Shown piece after piece: positions 8,286 through 16,689 of a DNA stretch of 32,000 nt (position 1 is the first letter of the stretch; each line of letters begins with the position of its first letter). Below the pieces are notes generated by a model. The model saw only the letters and a program-made list of their open reading frames with translations. It had not been told where the DNA came from and searched no databases. The position numbers were made by a program, and so were the translations under genes. This DNA is from Fidelibacterota bacterium (GTDB taxonomy: Bacteria; Fidelibacterota; Marinisomatia; SCGC-AAA003-L08; D37C17). The stretch covers positions 13,054-45,053 of the forward strand of contig JACNLQ010000032.1 of NCBI GenBank assembly GCA_014381415.1. Reading direction: 5' to 3'.

Positions 8286-10065
8286 CGGCTGGGTATTGGC
8301 GGGAGAGATTATTTTTTCGGCTTTGAAACTCATCAATTTTTTTCATTAACGGGAGTGGATTACTACCTGAAGATTCTGCATTTTTTAATTCTTCCCGAAT
8401 AGATTGAATATGAATATTTAACCAGTTTTGCTCTAATCGTCTAACACAATCCTCAGCAGATTTTAAACTGGGTGTTATTTTTTCTAAATCAAAAACCAAT
8501 TCTGCCAGCTTATTTCGGTGATCCTCATTTTTGAGTTCATCCATAATCAAACTTGGTTCTGGAGCATTGGCAGAATGTAAATGAATATACACTTTTTCAT
8601 ATATTTTTTGAGATAAATCTGTTACCAGCCATTCAGGTTTAACATTGTCAAATAAAAATTTACGTATAGTAATATCCTCTGCAAAACAAATTCGAATTAG
8701 ATCATTCTCCAGTAATTGTTTTTTGTCCTCAGTTTTTGGTTTTGGGCTTTTATTATTTTTCTGAAAACTTTGTCTCCGTTTCAGTTTTTCTAGCATGCTG
8801 TGGAGGGATTGGAAAATACTTTCCGCACTTACTCCAACTATTTCACTTAATTCCCGTCCCTGCAATTCTCGACTAACAGGATCTTTAATTTGAACAATTT
8901 CCATGAGTACATCATTCACAAAAGCTGTTTTGCCCGAAGTGGTAGTAATATCTCCTTTATAATTTTGAAAATGAAATAGGAGTAATTTTTCAGCGTTTTC
9001 TACCGCTTTTAAAAATGGAGTATTTCCATCCCGTTTCACCCAATCATCAGGGTCAAAGCCATCCGGAATATTGGCAATGAGTGGTAGTAGTCCTGCTCTG
9101 AGAAGGACATAACCTGCACGAATAGCAGCAGCTTTTCCGGCAGAGTCACCATCATAAGCCAGGTGGACTTTTTCACAAAATCGTTTAATTTGAAGGGCAT
9201 GCTGATCTGTAAATGCCGTACCGGAAACTGCCACAATATTATGGATTCCCGATTGATAAAGCTGAAGAAAATCAAGGTAACCTTCAACTACAATAACAGA
9301 TTTACTTTCCCTGATTTTTTGTTTGGTTTCATGCAAACCATATAGAATTTTGCTCTTATTATAAATAGGAGTTTCCGGGGAGTTAATATATTTAGCTGGA
9401 TCATCTGATTCAAAAACACGCCCGGCAAAGGCAGCGATTTTACCGGCAGAATTGTAGATGCTGAACATTATTCGACCTCTGAACTTATCCATGTATCCGT
9501 TCTTGGTATCAATAAATAATCCAGATTGTTGCATAGCCTTACCCCCCACACCTTCTTTACGGAATGCTAAAAGCAGAGCATTATTCTGTTTCATGCTATA
9601 GCCCAATTTGAATTTTTTAATAGTTTCTCTGGTAAGTCCTCGGGATTCTAAATGGGCAAGTACTTTACTCCCCTCTTCGGTGCCTAAATTATTTAGAAAC
9701 GTCTGCGCAGTCTTAGAATGAATTTCAAATAACTGAGTAATGAGGTCTTTTGATTGCTCCGCGCTCTCATCAATCTGCAGTTCAATGCTATACTGGTCTG
9801 CCAGATGTTTCACAGCATTTACAAATTCCATTCCTTCAATTTCCATAATGAAATTGATTACCCCTCCACCAACACTACAACCAAAACATTTGTAAATCTG
9901 CCGCTCAGGACTCACCGAAAAGGAAGGCGTTTTTTCACCATGGAAAGGGCAGAGTCCAAAATAATTACGGCCTCGTTTTTTTAGCTGTACATAGCCGGAT
10001 ACCACTTCAATGATATCTGCTGTACTGCGGATTTGTTCAATAATTTGTTCAGAAATTCGTGCCAT
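8278..10065 (-). CDS. dnaG: DNA primase
   Basis: It has a CHC2 zinc finger (CPFHGEKTPSFSVS...CFGC), a Toprim domain (VVEGYLD...DGDSAGKAA) and a C-terminal helical domain. The ORF track begins at 10131, but MARISEQIIEQIRSTADIIEVV from the ATG at 10065 matches the canonical primase N-terminus. Confidence 0.9.
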   Translation of the reverse strand: MARISEQIIEQIRSTADIIEVVSGYVQLKKRGRNYFGLCPFHGEKTPSFSVSPERQIYKCFGCSVGGGVINFIMEIEGMEFVNAVKHLADQYSIELQIDESAEQSKDLITQLFEIHSKTAQTFLNNLGTEEGSKVLAHLESRGLTRETIKKFKLGYSMKQNNALLLAFRKEGVGGKAMQQSGLFIDTKNGYMDKFRGRIMFSIYNSAGKIAAFAGRVFESDDPAKYINSPETPIYNKSKILYGLHETKQKIRESKSVIVVEGYLDFLQLYQSGIHNIVAVSGTAFTDQHALQIKRFCEKVHLAYDGDSAGKAAAIRAGYVLLRAGLLPLIANIPDGFDPDDWVKRDGNTPFLKAVENAEKLLLFHFQNYKGDITTTSGKTAFVNDVLMEIVQIKDPVSRELQGRELSEIVGVSAESIFQSLHSMLEKLKRRQSFQKNNKSPKPKTEDKKQLLENDLIRICFAEDITIRKFLFDNVKPEWLVTDLSQKIYEKVYIHLHSANAPEPSLIMDELKNEDHRNKLAELVFDLEKITPSLKSAEDCVRRLEQNWLNIHIQSIREELKNAESSGSNPLPLMKKIDEFQSRKNNLSRQYPADE

Positions 10066-10311
10066 GAGGAGGTTAAAAAATACGGCATTCTGCCTGTTTG
10101 GGACATATTTTTTATTGACTAAATTAATCATAAATTAATTTAAAAAACCAAATAGTCTAAATCTATAAAAACAGATAAGTCGATTGAATTATGAGTTATA
10201 TAATTTGATAGAGAAAGTAATTAAAATTATTGAGCAATCTTAAAATCCTTTACAAACTGTAACGAGTACATCCTTTTCCCTTTTCCCTAAATAGTCGTAA
10301 ATTAATCTAAG

Positions 10312-12834
10312 ATGAATAATTTTCGCTTATATATTACCAATCGGACATGGGTGATTCTAGGCTGTGTACTATTATTAAGTACTTATTACTTTACTACGCA
10401 AAGCAGCCACGAGAATTCTGCTAATTATAAACCCCCATTTATAAAACGCCCCCATGGTTTTGATATCCCCAAAGAACCGGGAGCTCTGCCCAATGATTGG
10501 ATGGGATATCAGCGCACTTACCCTCACGGAAAAATAAAACAGAACCATTATCTTAATGCCCTGAGAGAGTCTCAATCACTACATAATAATTCTAATAACA
10601 GGGAAATGGAGTGGCAGCTGTTAGGTCCTACCAATATTGGGGGCAGGATAACAGACTTGGCAAATCACCCAGCTGGACCCGAAATTATTTATGTATCTGC
10701 AGCATCAGGTGGAATTTATAAAAGTACAAATAATGGTGACAGTTGGGAGCAAATATTTAATGATGCACCCGTCATCAGTATGGGAGACATTGCTCTTGAT
10801 CCTAACAATCCCCAAATCATTTATGCCGGAACGGGAGAAGCCAATGCTTCCAGCTATAGTTTTATTGGGGATGGACTGTGGAAATCTGAAGATGGGGGTG
10901 CAAATTGGGCTCATGTTGGATTGGAAACATCTGCTTACATTGCCAGAATTATTGTGGATTATGACAACTCCAACCGTGTATTTGTGGCTGCCTGTGGAAC
11001 CCTATTTTCTTCCAATAGTGAACGGGGAGTATATCGCAGTGAAGATGGAGGTAACAACTGGGAACAGGTTTTATTTTTAACGGATTCCACCGCAGCAATA
11101 GATTTGGTACAACATCCTACAAATCCCGATATACTTTACGCCACAATGTGGGAAAGGGTACGGGGACTCACTTACCGAAAGTCAGGGGGTGAGTCATCAG
11201 GAATTTGGAAAACTACAAATGGTGGTGATACCTGGATAGAACTTGTAAATGGACTACCCAGTGGTGACAATGTTGGTAGAATTGGACTGGATATTTCAAA
11301 ATCAAACCCAGATATTTTGTATGCATTCTATGATAAACACATGAATGAAGATGAGGATTTTTCCTTTCTGGGGATTTACAAAACTACCAATGGCGGCTCA
11401 ACATGGAACCAGACAAATGATAACAATATTATGGGTATGAATTCCCGCTTTGGCTGGTACTTTGGTCAGATAAGAGTGGACCCATCCGACCCCAATAGAG
11501 TGTATGCTTTAGGAGTAGATTTGGTGAGGACCGAAAATGGAGGAAATAGCTGGGAAGCAATAGCTGGTTACTGGAATACCAATGAAATTCATGTGGATCA
11601 TCATGCTATGATCATAGACCCAAATTCAGGACACATCATCGAAGGCAATGACGGCGGATTATTCACAAGCACAAATTATGGTAATTCGTGGACACATATC
11701 AATAATATTCCCCTCACTCAATTCTATGCCATTGAAGTGGATTATCAACAATCTCACCAAATTTATGGAGGTACTCAAGATAATAACACCATTCGTACCA
11801 TCACTGGAAATCTGAATGACTGGCATTCCATTTTAGGCGGAGATGGGTTCTATACTCTGGTTAATCCGCAGAACTCAGAAATTATTTATGCTGAATATCA
11901 ATGGGGTAATCTATTTCGCTCTACTAATGGCGGGGATTGGATGGAAAATATTAGCTATTATTGGGAAGAGGATCGTACAAATTGGTCATCACCTTTTGTA
12001 ATGGATCCGGCTGACCCTTCAACATTATATTTTGGTACCTATCGTGTTTGGAAAACCACCAACGGAGGCAACAACTGGCTTCCCATCAGCAGTGATTTGA
12101 CCAATGGAGATGATGGCAGCAGTTACCATACCATCACCACACTAGCAGTTTCTCCTCATTATAGTGAATATATATTAGCCGGCACAGATGATGCTCATAT
12201 TTATTTAACGGTTGACGGGGGAAACAACTGGTCTGAAATTTCTGCTACGATTCCTGATAGATGGATTACCCGTGTGGTTTTTGATCCATTTGATGAATCT
12301 ACAATTTACGCCACACTTTCCGGCTTTCGCTGGGATGAACCGCTATCCCATGTATTTCGTTCAGCGGATTTGGGCGTAAATTGGGAGAGTATCAGCTCTA
12401 ACCTGCCGGAACTCCCCGTTAATTGTATTGTACTAGATCCGGAAGAAGAGGAACATATTTATATTGGTACGGATGCGGGAATATTTTACAGTTCCAATAG
12501 TGGAGAAAATTGGCAGAGTTTTTCTCTCAATTTACCCACTGTGCCCGTAATTGATTTGAAGATTCATAATCCCACCCGTACACTCATAGCTGGTACTTAT
12601 GGCATGTCTGCTCATTCCATTGCGTTAGATCAATATTTATCAGGAGATGTTAATCAGGATAGTTCGGTAAATATCCAGGATATCATTATTATTATTCAAG
12701 CAGTTTTAGAAAATATTGAGCTGACAGAAACCCAATTTAATTTGGCGGATATGAATGGGGATGGTACCCTGAATATATTAGATGTGGTGATAGTGGTGAA
12801 TGTAATACTGGATACTACCAGTTCATTGTATTAA
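10312..12834 (+). CDS. Secreted BNR/Asp-box repeat protein (sortilin/VPS10-like or GH74-like double beta-propeller) with a C-terminal dockerin module
   Basis: 840 aa with an N-terminal signal or anchor. It has about 12 S/T-x-[DN]-x-G-x-x-W Asp-box motifs (STNNGDSWEQ, SEDGGANWAH, TTNGGDTWIE, TENGGNSWEA, TVDGGNNWSE and others). The C-terminal residues 778-832 (nt 12643-12807) form two dockerin-type Ca-binding segments, GDVNQDSSVNIQDIIIIIQAVL and ADMNGDGTLNILDVVIVVNVIL. The substrate is unknown. Confidence 0.75.
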   Translation: MNNFRLYITNRTWVILGCVLLLSTYYFTTQSSHENSANYKPPFIKRPHGFDIPKEPGALPNDWMGYQRTYPHGKIKQNHYLNALRESQSLHNNSNNREMEWQLLGPTNIGGRITDLANHPAGPEIIYVSAASGGIYKSTNNGDSWEQIFNDAPVISMGDIALDPNNPQIIYAGTGEANASSYSFIGDGLWKSEDGGANWAHVGLETSAYIARIIVDYDNSNRVFVAACGTLFSSNSERGVYRSEDGGNNWEQVLFLTDSTAAIDLVQHPTNPDILYATMWERVRGLTYRKSGGESSGIWKTTNGGDTWIELVNGLPSGDNVGRIGLDISKSNPDILYAFYDKHMNEDEDFSFLGIYKTTNGGSTWNQTNDNNIMGMNSRFGWYFGQIRVDPSDPNRVYALGVDLVRTENGGNSWEAIAGYWNTNEIHVDHHAMIIDPNSGHIIEGNDGGLFTSTNYGNSWTHINNIPLTQFYAIEVDYQQSHQIYGGTQDNNTIRTITGNLNDWHSILGGDGFYTLVNPQNSEIIYAEYQWGNLFRSTNGGDWMENISYYWEEDRTNWSSPFVMDPADPSTLYFGTYRVWKTTNGGNNWLPISSDLTNGDDGSSYHTITTLAVSPHYSEYILAGTDDAHIYLTVDGGNNWSEISATIPDRWITRVVFDPFDESTIYATLSGFRWDEPLSHVFRSADLGVNWESISSNLPELPVNCIVLDPEEEEHIYIGTDAGIFYSSNSGENWQSFSLNLPTVPVIDLKIHNPTRTLIAGTYGMSAHSIALDQYLSGDVNQDSSVNIQDIIIIIQAVLENIELTETQFNLADMNGDGTLNILDVVIVVNVILDTTSSLY

Positions 12835-12897
12835 TAATTTTCGTTCTCTATTAAAAAGAAAAATGAACTAATTTTCACCCATGATTCATTTCAGTAT

Positions 12898-15351
12898 ATG
12901 ACCAAAATCCGCTACCTCGTTTTACCCCTTATAACCACTCTGCTTATTTGGGTGTTGAATACCCGAATAGGTACACTTCCTCCACTGGGTAAATTTCTAG
13001 ACCCCTTTCATGGCTATCTTGCATTGGTGGGTTCTGATGATCTCAATCGTCTTCACATAGATACGACTCAACTTGAATTACCAGTCACTGTAATTTTTGA
13101 TAGTCTGCGAATCCCTCATATTTTCGCCGAAAATGACCATGACCTTTATTTTATTCAAGGGTATGTGATGGCTTCTGAGCGGCTGTGGCAAATGGAATTC
13201 CAAACCCATGCTGCCGGTGGACGTATGAGCGAAATTGTAGGTGATAAAGCATTAGGATATGACCGCTTTCAAAGAAGGGTTGGTATGAAATTTGGAGCAG
13301 AAAATTCTTTAAAAGCTATAGAAGGTGACCCGCAATTATCACTTCTGGCAGAAGCTTTTACTGATGGTATTAATACCTATATTGGTTCACTGCCAGAAGA
13401 TAAATATCCTCTGGAATATAAAATATTGGATTATGCTCCCGAACCTTGGACTCCCCTCAAAACCAGTCTGCTTTTAAAATATATGGCATGGATGCTCACG
13501 GGGCGAAATACCGAACTCGCCTATACTCGCATGTGGAATGAAATGGGACAAGATGTAGTTGAAGAACTGTTCCCCATTTACCCCTGGTTTGTGGACCCTA
13601 TCATCCCGCCGGGAACAAAATATGATTTTGTTCCCTTACCATTAGATCAACCTCCCAACTTATATCAATCCAAAGCCGATAGAGGTACTATTATTACACA
13701 AGAACATGAAGGTGTTGGAAGCAATAACTGGGTGGTTTCTGGTAATCGGACAAAATCAGGAAATGCCATCCTTGCCAATGATCCCCATTTGGGATTAAAT
13801 CTACCTTCTATTTGGTATGCAATGCACCTGGTGAGTCCAAACCAGAATGTAATGGGGGTATCACTCCCAGGTGCACCCGGTATAATAACCGGATTTAATG
13901 ACCATATTTCCTGGGGTGTCACCAACGGATATGATGATGTAATGGATTGGTACGATATCCAATTTAAAGATTCTACCATGACTGAGTATTTTCATGATAA
14001 CACATGGAAATCCACCCGAAAAGTAGTTGAAAAATTTAAAGTAAGAGGAAGGGAGACTTTTAGTGACACCGTCACCTATACCCATCATGGTCCCATAGTT
14101 TGGGATACGCCTTATCAAACATTATCTTTGGGAGAAGGGAGTATAAGAAATTCAATCCGACAGGTTTCAACAGGCCGAGCTTTAAGATGGTTGGCACATG
14201 ATGAATCCAATGAATTGCGTACCTTTTATTTGCTGAATACAGCTAAAAATTATGATGATTATGTCCATGCACTTGAATATTTCAATTGTCCAGGTCAGAA
14301 TTTTGCCTATGCAGATGTTGAAGGAAATATCGCTCTTTGGCATGCGGGAAATAATCCTGCAAAATGGGAAAAACAGGGAATGTTCGTCAGTGATGGAACA
14401 GACCCTCGTTATGACTGGCAAGGCGTAGTTCCTCATGACCAAAAGCCCCACATGAAAAATCCAGAACGGGGTTATATTGGTTCAGCCAATCAACACCCTA
14501 CTACATTAGATTATCCATATTTTCTTAGCGAGTTTTATTGGGCAAGTTTTCGCTGGAATCAAATTCATACTCGGCTAGACACCCTCCAATCTGCTAATAT
14601 AAATGATATGTTGGATATTCAATTAGATAATCGTTCTGTATTTGCAGAAAAAACCATGCCCGTTATTTTGCGAACTTGGAAAGATCATCTAAAAAATGAA
14701 TTGGAAAAACAGGCTTTCAATATTCTTTCTGACTGGGATTATGAAATGGAAAGTCATTCTCCGGCACCCACAATGTACCGGTATTGGTATGGAATATTGG
14801 AAAAATTAACATGGGAGGATGATCTTGGTAAAGATAATGATAAATTTATTTGGCCATATAGGGACAAAATGATGGAACTCATATTGACCAATCCTGAATC
14901 TCACTGGTTTGATAATAAAACAACTAAAAATGTAGAAACTTTTTCTCATCTTTCCCAGAAAGCCTTTCATGAAATGGTTTCAGAATTACAAAAAAAATAT
15001 GGTGATAATATATTTATAGATTGGATTTGGGCAAAACATCAGGGGACGGATATCAATCATTTGGCTAAAATTCCAGGCATGGGTATTTTGGATCTGCCCA
15101 CATCCGGTGGAAGTGATATTCCCAATGCCACAGGTTCAACCTTTGGACCCTCTTGGAGATTTGTAGTTGATATGGGAAAAAAGAAATCAGCTTATGGAAT
15201 TTACCCAGGTGGTCAATCAGGATTTCCCGGAAGTATATATTATGATAATATGGTAGATGATTGGGTGAATGGTGTGGCCTATCCTTTATCTTTTTCAGGT
15301 AATCCTGCAGAAATTTCAGGTCTAACCATAAAATTGGGGAATGGAAAATGA
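12898..15351 (+). CDS. Penicillin acylase family Ntn hydrolase (S45; possibly an acyl-homoserine-lactone or other N-acyl amidase)
   Basis: 817 aa with an N-terminal signal or anchor. The family-typical autoprocessing site is G-SNNW (HEGVGSNNWVVSG; the putative nucleophile Ser is codon 275 at nt 13720-13722), followed by ANDPHL. Length and architecture fit the alpha-spacer-beta precursor. Specificity cannot be read from the sequence. Confidence 0.85.
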   Translation: MTKIRYLVLPLITTLLIWVLNTRIGTLPPLGKFLDPFHGYLALVGSDDLNRLHIDTTQLELPVTVIFDSLRIPHIFAENDHDLYFIQGYVMASERLWQMEFQTHAAGGRMSEIVGDKALGYDRFQRRVGMKFGAENSLKAIEGDPQLSLLAEAFTDGINTYIGSLPEDKYPLEYKILDYAPEPWTPLKTSLLLKYMAWMLTGRNTELAYTRMWNEMGQDVVEELFPIYPWFVDPIIPPGTKYDFVPLPLDQPPNLYQSKADRGTIITQEHEGVGSNNWVVSGNRTKSGNAILANDPHLGLNLPSIWYAMHLVSPNQNVMGVSLPGAPGIITGFNDHISWGVTNGYDDVMDWYDIQFKDSTMTEYFHDNTWKSTRKVVEKFKVRGRETFSDTVTYTHHGPIVWDTPYQTLSLGEGSIRNSIRQVSTGRALRWLAHDESNELRTFYLLNTAKNYDDYVHALEYFNCPGQNFAYADVEGNIALWHAGNNPAKWEKQGMFVSDGTDPRYDWQGVVPHDQKPHMKNPERGYIGSANQHPTTLDYPYFLSEFYWASFRWNQIHTRLDTLQSANINDMLDIQLDNRSVFAEKTMPVILRTWKDHLKNELEKQAFNILSDWDYEMESHSPAPTMYRYWYGILEKLTWEDDLGKDNDKFIWPYRDKMMELILTNPESHWFDNKTTKNVETFSHLSQKAFHEMVSELQKKYGDNIFIDWIWAKHQGTDINHLAKIPGMGILDLPTSGGSDIPNATGSTFGPSWRFVVDMGKKKSAYGIYPGGQSGFPGSIYYDNMVDDWVNGVAYPLSFSGNPAEISGLTIKLGNGK

Positions 15352-15677
15352 AACGAATACTTTTGATTTCACTCATAAGCTTATTTGTTCTTCCATTTAC
15401 AGGCTGGTGGATACTTTGGATTGTTCTCTTTCTATGTGGATGGTTTGCAAATTCCTACAGAGAAGCCCTAAAAATTGGCATTGCTGTTGCATTCCTCACT
15501 TGGGGAATCAAAATTGGAATTGGTTTTATCCCCGGTGGCTCTCTTCTTATGCAACGAGTTGCAGATATGATGGGTTTGGGTTCTTCGGCTGGGTTGATAA
15601 TAGCCACACTAATTTTAGGAGTATTTCTGGGAGGGCTCAGTGCAGTAAGTGGGTATCAACTGCGCAAAGTATTTTGA
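15348..15677 (+). CDS. Small hydrophobic membrane protein (about 3 predicted TM helices), function unknown
   Basis: 109 aa, strongly hydrophobic. Its ATG overlaps the acylase stop (ATGA), which suggests translational coupling. The alternative 120-aa frame (15341..15703) is Cys/Trp-rich and looks non-coding. Confidence 0.5.
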   Translation: MKRILLISLISLFVLPFTGWWILWIVLFLCGWFANSYREALKIGIAVAFLTWGIKIGIGFIPGGSLLMQRVADMMGLGSSAGLIIATLILGVFLGGLSAVSGYQLRKVF

Positions 15678-15683
15678 CATTCC

Positions 15684-16643
15684 CTAAACCCTTCTTCTCC
15701 TAACCCTCAATCCCCAAATTAATAAGATTGTGATAAAACCTATAAAAAGTCCTGACTTCTGCCGACTGGGGTAATTTATTTTGCTATTAGCCTGCATAAC
15801 AAATTCTTCATTCATATAATCCTGTAAGTCGAAATACCAAAACAGGGTATCACCAGCAGAGGAATCAGCATTGGTATATTTCAAAATTCCAGGGAGAATA
15901 AGTTGAAATGAAAAGTTGTCATCAATGAGATCCAGGGTAATTGTCAGCTCATCTTCCAAGGTTTTGAATATGGAATCCATTTCATTGTAGAGGTGGGGAG
16001 ATGCCGGTTGCATGATGATATCCAATCCCATATTTTTGTAATAATAAATTTCTTCTAATAGAGTGGAGTCACTTACCGTCATTAAGTCATTTTTTTTCCA
16101 ATCTTGTAATTCTGCAGTTATAATAGGGCGGGTATTCCACTCTATATCAGCTTGATTTAATGTTTCTGTTAAAAGGTACATGAGAGCTTCCTTCAGCCAC
16201 CCATTCGGTGGATATTCGGTATCTAAAATAAATTGTCCCACAAGAGGGTAATTATTGCTCACATTTCGTCGCCCAATTTCAGCATCAAAAGAAAAAGTCT
16301 CCATAAAAAACCAATTATAATGCTTCACCTTTATGGGATGCTTTAACAAGGACTCAAAATAGATTGAATCTTCTTGATAAAATGTATTTGGGAATTTTTC
16401 ATTACGTTTAAATAATCGGTGGGCTGTGTAATCAAAAGATTCAGCTTCAGTATTTTCCAAAGTGGAATTAATGGTCCATTTTGCACCGGTTGGCAATGGA
16501 AAATCAAAATCTGTGAGATCGTTTTTATCCCCATGGCCTTTGTAGTCCACCCGATAACTTCCATCAGGTGAAACTGTAAATGAGAATTTATGTTCAACAC
16601 AGGAGAATACTAAAAAAAGTCCTAAAATATATCTTTTAATCAT
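15684..16643 (-). CDS. Hypothetical lipoprotein with a C-terminal TM helix and poly-Arg tail
   Basis: 319 aa. It has an N-terminal signal and lipobox (LGLFLVFSC) and the C-terminus ...YPSRQKSGLFIGFITILLIWGLRVRRRRV. I recognise no domain in between. Confidence 0.5.
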   Translation of the reverse strand: MIKRYILGLFLVFSCVEHKFSFTVSPDGSYRVDYKGHGDKNDLTDFDFPLPTGAKWTINSTLENTEAESFDYTAHRLFKRNEKFPNTFYQEDSIYFESLLKHPIKVKHYNWFFMETFSFDAEIGRRNVSNNYPLVGQFILDTEYPPNGWLKEALMYLLTETLNQADIEWNTRPIITAELQDWKKNDLMTVSDSTLLEEIYYYKNMGLDIIMQPASPHLYNEMDSIFKTLEDELTITLDLIDDNFSFQLILPGILKYTNADSSAGDTLFWYFDLQDYMNEEFVMQANSKINYPSRQKSGLFIGFITILLIWGLRVRRRRV

Positions 16644-16689
16644 TCTTTTTAATAGTTTTTAATGATATTTAAATTGATCCTCAATAATT

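Noticed and set aside
10066-10131. N-terminal extensions proposed by the ORF track for dnaG (10131), the FN3 lipoprotein (8336), MscS (26939, TTG) and the Nudix gene (31136).
   Set aside because: The downstream ATGs give canonical N-termini: the primase MARISEQII..., a signal peptide with lipobox, and a TAATG or ATGAGTAA coupling to the upstream stop. The extensions would overlap the preceding genes or add non-homologous residues.
10691-11080. A 129-aa same-strand alternative-frame ORF inside the BNR gene. Also many 60-133-aa antisense or off-frame ORFs in the track: 781..978, 1216..1398, 6507..6704, 7202..7387, 7663..7863, 7697..7879, 9036..9287, 9163..9345, 9754..9984, 10375..10575, 10705..10914, 13665..13979, 13861..14118, 14182..14451, 15065..15376, 15341..15703, 16343..16600, 16792..16980, 18725..19042, 19200..19472, 19963..20157, 20222..20434, 20422..20823, 22049..22327, 22772..23086, 22801..22983, 23089..23280, 23882..24226, 25923..26144, 26093..26302, 28504..28695, 28692..28922, 29270..29539, 30425..30625 and 30875..31126.
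   Set aside because: All are nested in or opposite well-supported genes with recognisable family motifs. Their translations are low-complexity or Cys/Trp/Arg-skewed shadow-ORF types with no motifs. I see no evidence for overlapping genes.
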